64,000 nt of DNA from a virus (IMGVR_UViG_3300031998_000024:32001-96000), one strand, 5' to 3'. Positions 38,422 through 48,894 are shown, numbered from the stretch's first letter. Notes: generated from the letters alone by a model not told the origin. Numbers and translations are program-made.

Positions 38422-38859
38422 ATGTTAAATAGTACAACAATTAAGGTTATTACCGAAGGTCAAAAATTAGAGTATGCTACACCTCAAAGTAGCGGTATGG
38501 ATTTAAGAGCAAACAACGATGAAACAATCATCTTAAAGGTAGGCGAAAGAAAATTGATACCAACTGGTATTAAAGTTCAATTAGCAGAAGGTACTGAAAT
38601 GCAAATACGCAGTCGCAGCGGTTTGGCTTTGAAAAAGGGGATTATTGTTTGGAATGCTCCTGGGACTATTGATGCTGATTATAGGGGTGAAGTTGGCGTA
38701 ATCCTTTATAACGGAGGCGATGAAGATTTTGAAATCAATAAGGGTGATAGGATTGCTCAAGCAGTAGTTGTTCCATATCTTAAAGCATTTGTTAATTATG
38801 TTGACAAATTAGACGATACGCAAAGAGGTGAAGGTGGATTTGGACATACTGGAGTTTGA
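38422..38859 (+). CDS. dut: trimeric dUTPase
   Basis: All five motifs: SGMDL, RSGLA, GTIDADYRGE, GDRIAQ, RGEGGFGHTG. Confidence 0.97.
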   Translation: MLNSTTIKVITEGQKLEYATPQSSGMDLRANNDETIILKVGERKLIPTGIKVQLAEGTEMQIRSRSGLALKKGIIVWNAPGTIDADYRGEVGVILYNGGDEDFEINKGDRIAQAVVVPYLKAFVNYVDKLDDTQRGEGGFGHTGV

Positions 38860-39152
38860 TTATGAATGAACGCGGTTTTGTTTATAAGGTCGTAAAAAAT
38901 ATTGAATCAAAATTTAGCGGTGTAATATCATACGCTTATTTAGATTTCAATATCAACAAAACATATAGATGGTGGTGTGTTTGTATTGATAATTACGAAT
39001 TATATACATCTGCTGAGTTTAGGAATTTCGCAAATAATTGGCAAAAACTATCTAAAAAAATAAACGCAAAAATAGTTTTTGTTTATTGTATTCCGAAAGA
39101 AAAGAAACTGATTGAACTTTCAGAAAATAATAATCTAATCATGAATGTTTGA
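38856..39152 (+). CDS. hypothetical protein
   Basis: ORF; probable ATG at 38862. Confidence 0.5.
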   Translation: MIMNERGFVYKVVKNIESKFSGVISYAYLDFNINKTYRWWCVCIDNYELYTSAEFRNFANNWQKLSKKINAKIVFVYCIPKEKKLIELSENNNLIMNV

Positions 39153-39184
39153 AGTTATCCGTCCATACGACGGATAATTTTTTT
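39153..39184 (+). terminator. intrinsic terminator
   Basis: TTATCCGTC/GACGGATAA stem plus T-run. Confidence 0.8.
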
Positions 39185-39217
39185 GCTAAAATTAAAAATT
39201 TTTTGGCGAAATTTTAT

Positions 39218-39246
39218 TTTGTATTGAATTTTTATCTAATTTTGCA
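39218..39246 (+). promoter_or_regulatory. Bacteroidota-type primary sigma promoter
   Basis: TAATTTTGCA at 39237 matches TAnnTTTG; upstream TTTG at 39218 (spacer 15 nt, shorter than consensus). Confidence 0.6.
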
Positions 39247-39305
39247 TTGAAAAACTCAGCAAAATAAAACTTAGCAAAGTTTATAATATCAAAATAACAA
39301 CGACT

Positions 39306-40791
39306 ATGAAATTCAAACCAAGTAAGTATCAAAGAGTTGTCTATCAATTCATCAAGAGTTGTAAGGGCAATGCGGTTGTAGAAGCTGTTGCAGGCAGCGG
39401 TAAAAGTACAACAATTGTTAATGCAATAGATATTATTCCCGAAGACAAGAAAATATTATTTCTTGCTTTCAATAAAAGCATTGTTACTGAGTTGCAAAAA
39501 GAAAATCGGGAATAAACCTAATTGCGATATTAAGACACTTCACAGTCTTGGAGCAAAACAGTTGATGTATTATCTTCATTCTCAGATTGATGATACAAAA
39601 TATAAATCATACCTAAATAGCGGAATTGAATCTGGTAAGTTCCACATGACCAGTACCGATTTTGGTCCATCTGCAAAAGAAGATTGGAAGCGAAATATTT
39701 TACAGTTGATTGACCTTGGTCGCGTTAATCTTTGCAATGATATAAATGATTTAGATGATGTAGCATTCAAATTTCAAATGTTTATCGTTGATAATGAGTG
39801 TGAAATTGCTTGGAATATTATTCAGTGGGGTAAGACTAACACAAGCATTATAGATTTTACTGATATGATTTATTTACCCGTTGTTTTGGATTTGAGAATG
39901 TGGAAATACGATTGGGTATTTATTGATGAATGTCAGGATTTGAATGCCGCTCAAAGAGAATTGTTTTTGCGCTGTATTAAATCTAAAACTGGTAGATTTA
40001 TTGCTGTAGGCGATAGAATGCAGAGCATTTACGGATTTAGTGGTGCTGATGAAGAGAGTTTCAACAAACTTAGACAATTGCCACATACCGCTAAATTACC
40101 GCTTTCAATCTGTTATCGTTGTGATAAAGATATTATACAATTAGCAAAGCAATATGTTCCTCAAATTGAGGCAAGAGATAATGCTGATAACGGAGTGGTT
40201 GAAATGAATTCTAAGGTAGCGGATGTTAAAGATGGTGATATGATTCTTTGCCGTACTACTGCGCCGCTTGTGAAACTTTGTATTCAATATATTTCGTCAG
40301 GTGTTAAGGCTTATGTGAAGGGTAGAGATATAGGAGTTAATTTAATCAATATGATTAAAAAGACTAATAAGAAAAACATTGCTGACTGCTATTCTTACTT
40401 TGATAAGGAGTTGGAAAAGATTTGTGAAAGGGTTATAAAGAAAACACATTGCACAAGCGAGGAGGCAAAAGATAGCGACATTTACAGAACATATCAAGAT
40501 AAGATTGATGCTATTAATATTCTTTCTGAAGGTTTGACTACATGCGATGAGGTTATGAATCATATTACCGAAATTTTCAAGGATGAAAACGGTCAAGGTA
40601 TTTGCCTCAGCACAATTCATAAGAGTAAGGGTTTGGAAAGCGATAGAGTGTTTGTATTGTGTCCTGAAAAACTGTTTCTGAAAAGTGCTATGAGGATTCC
40701 GTGGCAAGCAGAACAAGAAAAGAATTTAGTATATGTTTGCGTCACAAGAGCGAAGCATTTCTTAGGTTACATATCGGATTTCAAAGCCTAA
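39306..40791 (+). pseudogene. UvrD/Rep-like SF1 helicase interrupted by a 1-nt frameshift (or sequencing error)
   Basis: AVAGSGKS in 39306..39515; IDECQD, VGDRMQSIYGFSGA, STIHKSKGLE, YVCVTRAK in 39463..40791; one extra A in run 39496-39500. Confidence 0.85.
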
Positions 40792-40976
40792 TAAATAAAG
40801 AATGTGGTTGAATCCTTTGTAATATGCTATTAGCAATGTTTTCTACTAAATAGATAATACGGAAGTCAATCACGGGTTAAAAATTGTTTAGCACTAATGT
40901 AATGCTTGATAAATTCTCTGTCTGCCAATTACAAACTTCAAAAATCAACCGAGATATTTATAATTATAAAACTTAA

Positions 40977-41333
40977 TTGATGATGTCACCACAATTAGAA
41001 GCGTATGTTGCACAACAAGAGCAACTTTTTAAGATGAAACAAACAACGCTATCCTTCAAAGAAGCGGATTGGTTCATTAATTTCAATTCATACGATAAAA
41101 CAACAGCATTAGTAATTCCTGGAGCTGATGGAATTGGTGTTATGTTTATCGTTCTTAATGGTAATCATATAGCCGATTTTCAGAAGGTTATTGATGAGTA
41201 TAAGAATTGGAGTGAAGAAATAAACGGATGTTTAGGTGAATGTATTCGTTGGGCAATTAAACAAGATGATATTATCCCACAAAGATGTACCATAGGCGTG
41301 TTTAACCAAAAGATAAAATTTGTTCAAAAATGA
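40977..41333 (+). CDS. hypothetical protein
   Basis: ORF; FNSYDKTTALV...FIVLNGNH. Confidence 0.55.
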   Translation: MMMSPQLEAYVAQQEQLFKMKQTTLSFKEADWFINFNSYDKTTALVIPGADGIGVMFIVLNGNHIADFQKVIDEYKNWSEEINGCLGECIRWAIKQDDIIPQRCTIGVFNQKIKFVQK

Positions 41334-41519
41334 TAAATTCCGAAAACATAGTTTATATAAACGCTTGGGCAATGTGCCAGGATAACAGGGGGTAAACTAC
41401 TCACAACCCAAGCCATCCGTACCATAAGAAAATCATACAATCTTATTGCGTTAGGGGGTAGGGGGTTAAACTCTTGCTTTATCTACATTCCTCCCATAGA
41501 AAATTAAAAAATAAACAAA

Positions 41520-41660
41520 ATGATAGATTTTTTTGGCGCATGTTTGGTAATTTGGTTTGATGAATTGAATTACTACTTTACAAAATACGGCGTTGATACG
41601 CTTGATGCCTTAGATGATTTGCTTTGGTTTACATTCGGAGTTGATTTAATTGTATTGTAA
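41520..41660 (+). CDS. 46-aa hypothetical protein not in ORF track
   Basis: MIDFFGACLVIWFDEL...GVDLIVL; A-rich leader; stop 1 nt before helicase ATG. Confidence 0.5.
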   Translation: MIDFFGACLVIWFDELNYYFTKYGVDTLDALDDLLWFTFGVDLIVL

Positions 41661-41661
41661 T

Positions 41662-43155
41662 ATGATTGATGTTAAGATAAATAGAATAAACAATTTTGTT
41701 TACAGTTTTGCACTTTCAACGCATAATGGAATTAAGGCAATTTCCAGAGCGTTGACTTTCAAGAATCCTAATCCGTATGCTTATCAGCAAACCATTACAA
41801 TGTTCGATAGACAAAAACTTACTTTCAAAATAGGTATGTTTCCAACAGTAATCGAATATTTGAATGATAATAATATTCCTTATGAGGTAGATGATTATGA
41901 TTTTGATTTACCCGATGGAGTTGTTATTGATGATAGGATGAGTGGTAAATACATTCATCAGGCTAAGGCTGTTGAAGCGTTTTACAAGCGTAGATTTGGA
42001 ATTATTCAAGTACCAACGCGTGGTGGAAAAACCTTTATTATGTCTGAGATATTACGAATTTTCTTGGATACAGATGATGGAAACTTTTTGTTTTGCGTTG
42101 ACAATGTTACGCTTTTTAATCAGGCTGTTGATGATATAAAGAAGTTTTTTGAAAGATATGACGGGATTGAAGTTGGTGAAATTAAGGCTGGTCATGTAGA
42201 TACAAGTAAGAGAGTAACTGTTGCTATGATTCAGACTATACAAGCAACCTTTGGTGAGCGTTGTCATGATGCTGTTAAGCAGAGAAATCTAAAAGCGTAT
42301 CTGAAAAATCTCAAGTTTTTATCTGTTGATGAGATACATGATAATGTTTCGGATTCAAAGTTGAAGTTGTATAAGATGTGTAAAAATATTGATTATTTGC
42401 TGCTTCTTTCTGCAACTCCATATAAAAGCGAAACACCGATTCAGAATATCAAATTACAAGAATGGAGTGGTGATATAATCTATACAATTACAGAAGAGGA
42501 ATTGCGTGAGCGTAAAGTGTTGTCTGATTATAAAGTCTTTTTGTTCGCAGTAAATCACAATCAGATTGATTACGATATTGAAGATGATGACTATCAAACT
42601 CTGAGAGATAGGTTGATTTTCAAATCAGATATACGAAATAATGCTTTGATTAACATAATCCGTATTTTGAACAAATTAGAGTTGAAAACGCTTGTGTTGT
42701 TCCAATCTATTGAACATGGAGAAGTTATATCAAAACGGGTTGGTTTTCCGTTTATTTGTGGTAAAAATAGTCAAGCGGAAAGAAATAGGGAAAAGGAAAA
42801 ATTTTTGCATAAGAAACGCGGTGGTATTCTTTTAGCGTCTAACATATTCAAAAAAGGTGTTACGCTGCCTGAATGTGAAGTGATAATAATAGTAGATGAG
42901 GGGTTGGAGGTTTCATCTGTTATTCAGAAAAAAGGTCGTACATTAGGAGTTACTGAAACCAAGGTAAAGAGTTTGGTAATAGATTTCATTGATATTTACG
43001 ATGTATATTTCAGTGAACATTCTGAGAGCCGTTTAGAAACATATGTTAGTGAAATAGGAGAAAAGAATGTTGGTTTGTTAGATGTTACTGATGAGGATTA
43101 CCTATATACATTTGAATGTTGGGTAAGGAAATGGTTTGGCATTAAGTCGCTTTAA
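41662..43155 (+). CDS. SF2 DNA helicase (UvsW-like)
   Basis: PTRGGKT, VDEIH, LSATP, QKKGR motifs (ORF track starts at 41650). Confidence 0.9.
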   Translation: MIDVKINRINNFVYSFALSTHNGIKAISRALTFKNPNPYAYQQTITMFDRQKLTFKIGMFPTVIEYLNDNNIPYEVDDYDFDLPDGVVIDDRMSGKYIHQAKAVEAFYKRRFGIIQVPTRGGKTFIMSEILRIFLDTDDGNFLFCVDNVTLFNQAVDDIKKFFERYDGIEVGEIKAGHVDTSKRVTVAMIQTIQATFGERCHDAVKQRNLKAYLKNLKFLSVDEIHDNVSDSKLKLYKMCKNIDYLLLLSATPYKSETPIQNIKLQEWSGDIIYTITEEELRERKVLSDYKVFLFAVNHNQIDYDIEDDDYQTLRDRLIFKSDIRNNALINIIRILNKLELKTLVLFQSIEHGEVISKRVGFPFICGKNSQAERNREKEKFLHKKRGGILLASNIFKKGVTLPECEVIIIVDEGLEVSSVIQKKGRTLGVTETKVKSLVIDFIDIYDVYFSEHSESRLETYVSEIGEKNVGLLDVTDEDYLYTFECWVRKWFGIKSL

Positions 43156-43766
43156 TGCCCACCGTTATTTACCTTATGACAAGAAGACAATTATACAAGT
43201 TCGCTGTTGATTTATTCATAGAGTTACTTACACAGGTTCAGGGTAAGCGTTCCAAGCCGTATCGTTGTAATGCTAATGATACTAATGCTTGGAACGCTTG
43301 GTGTAAATATTACGATGATAAGGGTGTTGTTATTGGTGAAGAGTTAGTCCGAAAATATATTGAATATGGATTACAATCGTGGTTTAATCCAGATATTCAA
43401 TATACACAACGCATGAATGTTCGTTTTAGTTGGATATTTGGTTCAGCAGCGATACAGCGTTGGAATGCTTTACCTTCTTCAGTTAGACAGTTTTATGTTA
43501 CATCTTCTTTGAAAAAGGATTATGTGATAAAAAGGAAGGTGAAATCCAAGCGTTTAACATCGTTACTATTAAGAGTAAGACCTATTGAAGAAAAGTTTAA
43601 ACACGAGTATTTGAATACAAAAAGAGGTTTGTTATGGTGTAAGGCTAATACAACGCTTTATCTTCATAAAAGTTCTGCTTGTGCTATTTGTGATTATAAG
43701 GATGAATGTAAGGAAATGTTGAAAAATAACATGCCTAATGTTTATCGTTTAAGAGGTTATAAATAA
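43155..43766 (+). CDS. hypothetical replication protein with C-terminal Cys cluster
   Basis: C-x13-CxxC-x5-C; lies between two helicases. Confidence 0.5.
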   Translation: MPTVIYLMTRRQLYKFAVDLFIELLTQVQGKRSKPYRCNANDTNAWNAWCKYYDDKGVVIGEELVRKYIEYGLQSWFNPDIQYTQRMNVRFSWIFGSAAIQRWNALPSSVRQFYVTSSLKKDYVIKRKVKSKRLTSLLLRVRPIEEKFKHEYLNTKRGLLWCKANTTLYLHKSSACAICDYKDECKEMLKNNMPNVYRLRGYK

Positions 43767-43774
43767 GAATTATC

Positions 43775-45157
43775 ATGGCAACAGATAGATTATCGGAAAA
43801 CTTTATTACAGAATTATTTGCTTATGCTTTATCAAGAAAAACTACTTTTGAGATTGTTAAGGCTTATTTGAAATATAGTTACCTTCAACAAGAATCTGAA
43901 AAGAAGTTATGGCAATGGGCAACGCGTCAATTTGATAAAGTCGGTAGAGTTCCGACAATAGGACAGATTCAGCAGGAATTTGTAAAAAACGATAGTGTAT
44001 TAGAATTGATTGCTGATATAGCGGATGTTGAGGTTGATGATAAAGTTGAAGCCCATAATAATATACTTTCAACTTTCCAAGACTATCTTAGACAGATGAA
44101 GTTTTTGGAAAGTAATGATAAGTTGGTTGAAACTTATAATAAGGGTGAAAAAGAAAAGGCATACCGATTGTTTGTAAGTTTGGCTGAGGACTTAGATAAA
44201 TTTTCTATTCTTGATGCATCGTTTGAACCAGTGTTTGGCGGTTTTGATAATCGAATGGCAGAGCGTAGAAATACCGATTACAATTCAACATTCAAAGTTG
44301 CCACTATGATTGATGAATTAGATGAAATTCTTGATGGTGGTGTTGAGAGTAGTGAATATGTACTTTGGATGGGAGCGTCAGGTGCTGGTAAATCTCAATT
44401 GTTAGTACATCTTGGTATAGCGGCAGCGCGTCAGGGTTATCGCGTTGCTCATTTTCAATTAGAAGGTACGAAAAAGCAATGTTTAGATAGATATGATGCC
44501 GCTTGGACTGGTACTTTGTATCGTGATATGAAAGTGGGTGAGGTTGGTAAGAAGAAGGAAAAGGCTTTGAAGCAGATAGTTGAAAAAATGCGGAAGAATG
44601 ATATTTATGTTTCGTCTTGTGAAGATTGGGGTGGTAAAAGTATTGTTGATGTGAGAAGAGAGTTGAAGGATTTGGAAAAGAAGGTTGGTAAGATTCATGT
44701 TATACTTATAGACTATTTGGAGTTGGCTGAATTAGGTGATGGAAAGAATTATGGAGTAGGTGATGAGCGTTTTCGTCAGGAGAAATTAAGTAGGGCTATG
44801 AAAACACTTGCTATGGAATTTAATGCCGTAGTGCATTCAGCAACTCAAACTAATACACCGAGTAAAGAAGAAACTGATGACCCTGAATATGTTTTTTCGC
44901 GTTTTAATCTAAATGAATCAAAGGGTAAGATTAGACCAACCGATGGTTTTATGACTTTGAATGTAACTTCAGATGAACGCGCTGAACAATTTATGCGTAT
45001 CTATGTAGATAAAGCAAGAGAACACGCTGGTGGTCAGATTATACATATTTGTAATAATTTTTCATATTCACGCTTTTACGATAGAGTTAGAACAACACAG
45101 ATTGCCGATGAAGATGGTTGGGATGTTGCCGGCAAGAATAGGGATGATGACGACTAA
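43775..45157 (+). CDS. dnaB: replicative DnaB/gp41-like helicase
   Basis: GASGAGKS, FQLE, ILIDYLE, SATQTN, DKAR motifs. Confidence 0.9.
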   Translation: MATDRLSENFITELFAYALSRKTTFEIVKAYLKYSYLQQESEKKLWQWATRQFDKVGRVPTIGQIQQEFVKNDSVLELIADIADVEVDDKVEAHNNILSTFQDYLRQMKFLESNDKLVETYNKGEKEKAYRLFVSLAEDLDKFSILDASFEPVFGGFDNRMAERRNTDYNSTFKVATMIDELDEILDGGVESSEYVLWMGASGAGKSQLLVHLGIAAARQGYRVAHFQLEGTKKQCLDRYDAAWTGTLYRDMKVGEVGKKKEKALKQIVEKMRKNDIYVSSCEDWGGKSIVDVRRELKDLEKKVGKIHVILIDYLELAELGDGKNYGVGDERFRQEKLSRAMKTLAMEFNAVVHSATQTNTPSKEETDDPEYVFSRFNLNESKGKIRPTDGFMTLNVTSDERAEQFMRIYVDKAREHAGGQIIHICNNFSYSRFYDRVRTTQIADEDGWDVAGKNRDDDD

Positions 45158-45208
45158 AATATTTGAACATGACCTATTCGCGGTTATAAAGAATTAAATT
45201 CTTGCTGT

Positions 45209-45532
45209 ATGATAGGTATTATTTACAAATTTACGATTGTCGCTAAATATAAGATGGATGGTTGTAAGCCGTTCTATATAGGTCAACACTTTGAGAAAAT
45301 AAGTGAAGAATAGAAATTAAAAATATCTCAAGCGCAAAAGGTAGAATTGTTTCAGAGAACAGAATTTTGAGAGGTGAAAAACATCCTATGTATGGTAAAC
45401 ATCGTTCAGAGGAAACAAGGAAAAAGATAGGATTAGGAAATAAGGGTAAGATTGTTTCAGAGGAAACAAGGAGAAAAAATGGCTGAGTCAGCAAGGTTAA
45501 GAGAACAAAGAAAAAGATTGAAAAATGCTTGA
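45209..45532 (+). pseudogene. decayed GIY-YIG/NUMOD3 homing endonuclease
   Basis: MIGIIYKF...PFYIGQHFEK then TAG, frameshifts, then GEKHPMYGKHRSEETRKKIG..NKGKIVSEETRRK; homologous to 16528..17427. Confidence 0.8.
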
Positions 45533-46499
45533 TAATAGAATTTCTGACGCTGATTTGCGTTCTTTATTGAATGTAAAAAAGGAAACGAGAAGTGGGCAAT
45601 ATATAATAGATTTTTGTCCGTTTTGTTCCAAAGCAGAGCATTTTTATATTAACAAGATTACTCAGCGTTGGGATTGTAAGCGTTGTGGTGAGCAAGGTAA
45701 TATTTATAAGTTATTAAAACACTTTGATAAGGTTTATCTTTTGGGTGAACCGAGTGTTAAATATCAAGATGAGATTAAGTCTATAAGAGAAATACAAAGT
45801 GTTGAGAATAGCAATGAAATTGCCCAAATAAAAGAATTGCCTGAAATCCGTATGCCAGCTGGATTTCGGGTTTATTCTTATATTCCTCCATATCTTCAAC
45901 AACGCGGAATAAATATGGAAGATATAAAGCATTGGCGTTTTGGTTCAACTGCTATTGTTTCAAGATATATAAATTATGTTTTAGTACCTATTTATGATAA
46001 TGGAGCAATTAGAGGGTTTATTGGTAGATATGGTAGTAAGAATGTTCCGAGTGATAAATTGCGTTATTCTAATAGTTTGAATACTGATTTTTCTGAATTG
46101 TTATTTGGGTACGATGATATTGTTGAAAATGAAACAGAAGTGGTTGTAATAACAGAGGGGTTGTTTGATGCTATTGCGGTTACTAAGAAATTGAATTTAT
46201 TCTTTGATAATTCTGTTAGGGCGGTTTGTACATTTGGTAAAAAGATTAGTAATGTTCAGATAGCGAAATTAGTTGCTAAAAAAATCCGTAAGGTGATTTT
46301 ACTTTATGATTTTGATGCTGTTAAGGATATAAGGAAATATGGTGTTTTGTTAGATGAATATTTTGATACGAAAATCGCTGTTGCTTTGAATAAAAAAGAT
46401 ATTGACGAATGTAATATTGAAGAAGTTATTGATGTTTTTAAAAACCTTCGTTCAGTTAGGGATTTCAATTCAAGTATAGCAGAAAAGATAAAACACTAA
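45525..46499 (+). CDS. dnaG: DNA primase (Zn finger + TOPRIM)
   Basis: CPFC...H...CKRC; ITEGLFDA; YDFDA. Confidence 0.9.
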   Translation: MLDNRISDADLRSLLNVKKETRSGQYIIDFCPFCSKAEHFYINKITQRWDCKRCGEQGNIYKLLKHFDKVYLLGEPSVKYQDEIKSIREIQSVENSNEIAQIKELPEIRMPAGFRVYSYIPPYLQQRGINMEDIKHWRFGSTAIVSRYINYVLVPIYDNGAIRGFIGRYGSKNVPSDKLRYSNSLNTDFSELLFGYDDIVENETEVVVITEGLFDAIAVTKKLNLFFDNSVRAVCTFGKKISNVQIAKLVAKKIRKVILLYDFDAVKDIRKYGVLLDEYFDTKIAVALNKKDIDECNIEEVIDVFKNLRSVRDFNSSIAEKIKH

Positions 46500-46532
46500 C
46501 ATATATAAAATAAATGTATTTGTAAAATTGTT

Positions 46533-46970
46533 TTGTATATGACCGATAGTGTAAAAAGTCGTGAACTTTCAACCGCTGAATATTTTACTCAAGTTCAAAA
46601 AGAGTATTTAATTGCTTGGTTCCGTTCTAAAATTTATTTCAATCCAAAAAATAAGCGTTATTGGCGTAAGGTGATGTCATTTAAGGCTGAAAAGATTGAA
46701 CAGATAGCGAAACGGAATAATTTGAATTCAATTCTTAATAGTGAAAAGAAGATGTCTGAGTTTCAAGAATCTTTATTTGATTCAAATGGTAAGCCGAAAT
46801 TTGAAATGAATCAAGAGGATTTGAGAAATTATTTTACTATTGGAAACGAATTTTCTTATAACGGTGAAATTTATACACTTGATTTAGTTAATGGCGATGA
46901 ATTAGTGCTGTTAGATTCAGGTGGAGAAAAAATTGTTGTCAATAAAGACGATGTTTGCCGAATTATTTGA
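46533..46970 (+). CDS. hypothetical protein
   Basis: ORF; probable ATG at 46539. Confidence 0.55.
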   Translation: MYMTDSVKSRELSTAEYFTQVQKEYLIAWFRSKIYFNPKNKRYWRKVMSFKAEKIEQIAKRNNLNSILNSEKKMSEFQESLFDSNGKPKFEMNQEDLRNYFTIGNEFSYNGEIYTLDLVNGDELVLLDSGGEKIVVNKDDVCRII

Positions 46971-47107
46971 TGAATTTTTTTATCTTGGTTTGGGTTCAAA
47001 ACCAATCAAAGTTTAGCAAAATAGAGATTGTTTTGCTATAAAATCGTGAAAAATATTGAAAAAATAAAAAAATTTCGTCAAAAACCAAAAATTTTTTGGA
47101 AAAATAT

Positions 47108-47138
47108 TTTGCCGTATTATTTTTTTTCGTAATTTCGC
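47108..47138 (+). promoter_or_regulatory. Bacteroidota-type primary sigma promoter upstream of phage sigma-like gene
   Basis: TTTG-18 nt-TAATTTCGC with A/T-tract upstream. Confidence 0.5.
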
Positions 47139-47174
47139 GGTGTAAATAGTTACGAATCGTAAAATAAGATTGCC

Positions 47175-47816
47175 ATGACGAGTGAAAAAAAGATGTCGGA
47201 TATGCTTTATGAGAGGTACGAATACCTGGCTCATAAGTATGCAAGTAAAATTTTCTCCTATGAAGAATTGGGGATGGAATACGAAGATTTGTTACAAGAA
47301 TTTCGTATCAAGATTTACACTTCAATTAAGGCTTATGCCCGTAGGTGGAAACAGTATCGTGAAACGGGTACGAATAAACCAGTACCGATTAAGTTTTATC
47401 TTGATGCTGCTTGCGGTAATAAAACGAGAGATTTCATGAAGTTGATTTCAAGGGAAAACCATAAGGTTAGAATTGATGATATCAACTTTGATTACGGAAT
47501 CAATCAAGAGAGTAAGGTGAATACATCGCAGAATACCTTTATTGTTAATGGTGTTGATTTATTAGAAGGTTTGACTGGAAAAGAGAGAATGGTGTTTTCA
47601 CTTTATTTGCGCGGTTACAACAAAACTTTTCTTAGCAAAGTTTATTATAGCAAGAAATCAGAAAAGAGAGCAAAAAGAAAAGTGATTGATTCGGGTGATG
47701 AACCCTTTACACCACAAGATATTATCGAAATGCAAAAGGCAAAGTTGATAGCGAAATATGGTGCTGAGTTGAATCAGGCGAATCAAGTTTACACTACTTA
47801 TGACTTTGAAGACTGA
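47175..47816 (+). CDS. phage RNA polymerase sigma-like factor
   Basis: Region-2-like YEYLAHKYA...EYEDLLQEFRIKIY; region-4-like LTGKERMVFSLYLRGY. Confidence 0.65.
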   Translation: MTSEKKMSDMLYERYEYLAHKYASKIFSYEELGMEYEDLLQEFRIKIYTSIKAYARRWKQYRETGTNKPVPIKFYLDAACGNKTRDFMKLISRENHKVRIDDINFDYGINQESKVNTSQNTFIVNGVDLLEGLTGKERMVFSLYLRGYNKTFLSKVYYSKKSEKRAKRKVIDSGDEPFTPQDIIEMQKAKLIAKYGAELNQANQVYTTYDFED

Positions 47817-47857
47817 ATTTAATCAAAATAGTATTAACAACCTAAATTGTAAAAATT

Positions 47858-48835
47858 ATGGCAAAAAAAATTGATGAAGCAACTGCTGAAAGATTGGTTG
47901 CAATTGGTATCAAGGCTAAGAACGAAGATGAAGCACGCGAAAAGATGCTGAAAATCTTGGCTGAAAACGACATTGACGGCATGGAAGAAGAAGACACTGA
48001 GTCTTTGCTTGACATGGTTGAGAGCCTCGTTGACCCTGATGGCGAAATGAGTGAAGAAGAAGAGAACGATGCTTTGGCGCGTGAAATTTCTGATGATGAA
48101 GAGGATGATGATGAGCCGCTTGAGCCTCATGCTGAACCTAAGTCTGCTAAGAAAGCTGAAAAGAAAGCCGAAAAGAAGGCTGACGCTGAACCTAAGTCCG
48201 AAAAGAAAGCCGAAAAGAAGGCTGAAAAGAAAGCCGAAAAGAAGGCTGAGAAGAAAATCGGCAAGCGCGGTTTGAAACTTGACCCTAAGAACAATAAGGA
48301 TGACCGCAAGTTCTTCAAGTTCTTGGAAAAGTTTTTCCCAACTGAACAATACGATTATTGCTGGTTGGCAATGAACGGCGTCACTATCAAGTATAGGGGT
48401 AAAAATAGCAATCATTCAGTCCTTTCACTTGAAGTTTGCACTCAACAGCAGGATGGTAGTATTACCTGTAACATGTATCTTCAGACTTTCACCAAGTCGT
48501 TGGAGCAATTGGATGAGGCTGGCGTGGAATACGCTATTTGCTGGAATGGAGTGCCGTTTGTTCGCACCGTCACCTTTGAAGACATCGAATCAATTATTTC
48601 AGACCTCATTGAACACATGGAAGAGTTCGTGAGTAAGATTGACAAGCGTTTGGGCGACAATCGTAAGAAGATGGAAAAGAGCCTGGACAAGAATACCAAG
48701 GCTGAAAAGAAGTCTGCTAAGAAGGTTGAAGAGCCTGAAGACGATGACGATGAAGAAGAGGATGACGAGGAGGAGGATGATGAGCCTGAAGAGAAGCCCG
48801 CAAAGAAGCAGGTGAAAAAGGGTAGCAAGAAGTAA
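47858..48835 (+). CDS. highly charged protein with acidic tracts and KKAE repeats
   Basis: Composition; codon usage similar to the SSB gene. Confidence 0.7.
   Translation: MAKKIDEATAERLVAIGIKAKNEDEAREKMLKILAENDIDGMEEEDTESLLDMVESLVDPDGEMSEEEENDALAREISDDEEDDDEPLEPHAEPKSAKKAEKKAEKKADAEPKSEKKAEKKAEKKAEKKAEKKIGKRGLKLDPKNNKDDRKFFKFLEKFFPTEQYDYCWLAMNGVTIKYRGKNSNHSVLSLEVCTQQQDGSITCNMYLQTFTKSLEQLDEAGVEYAICWNGVPFVRTVTFEDIESIISDLIEHMEEFVSKIDKRLGDNRKKMEKSLDKNTKAEKKSAKKVEEPEDDDDEEEDDEEEDDEPEEKPAKKQVKKGSKK
48131..48256 (+). repeat. 12-nt coding tandem repeat (KKAE)n
   Basis: gaaaagaa(a/g)gc(c/t) units plus duplicated gctgaacctaagtc. Confidence 0.9.
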
Positions 48836-48858
48836 ATCTTGGTTCAATACTTTCCATT

Positions 48859-48894
48859 GTGAGCGGATTCCAAACGGAGTTCGCTCACTTTTTT
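48859..48894 (+). terminator. intrinsic terminator
   Basis: GTGAGCG/CGCTCAC stem plus T6. Confidence 0.85.
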
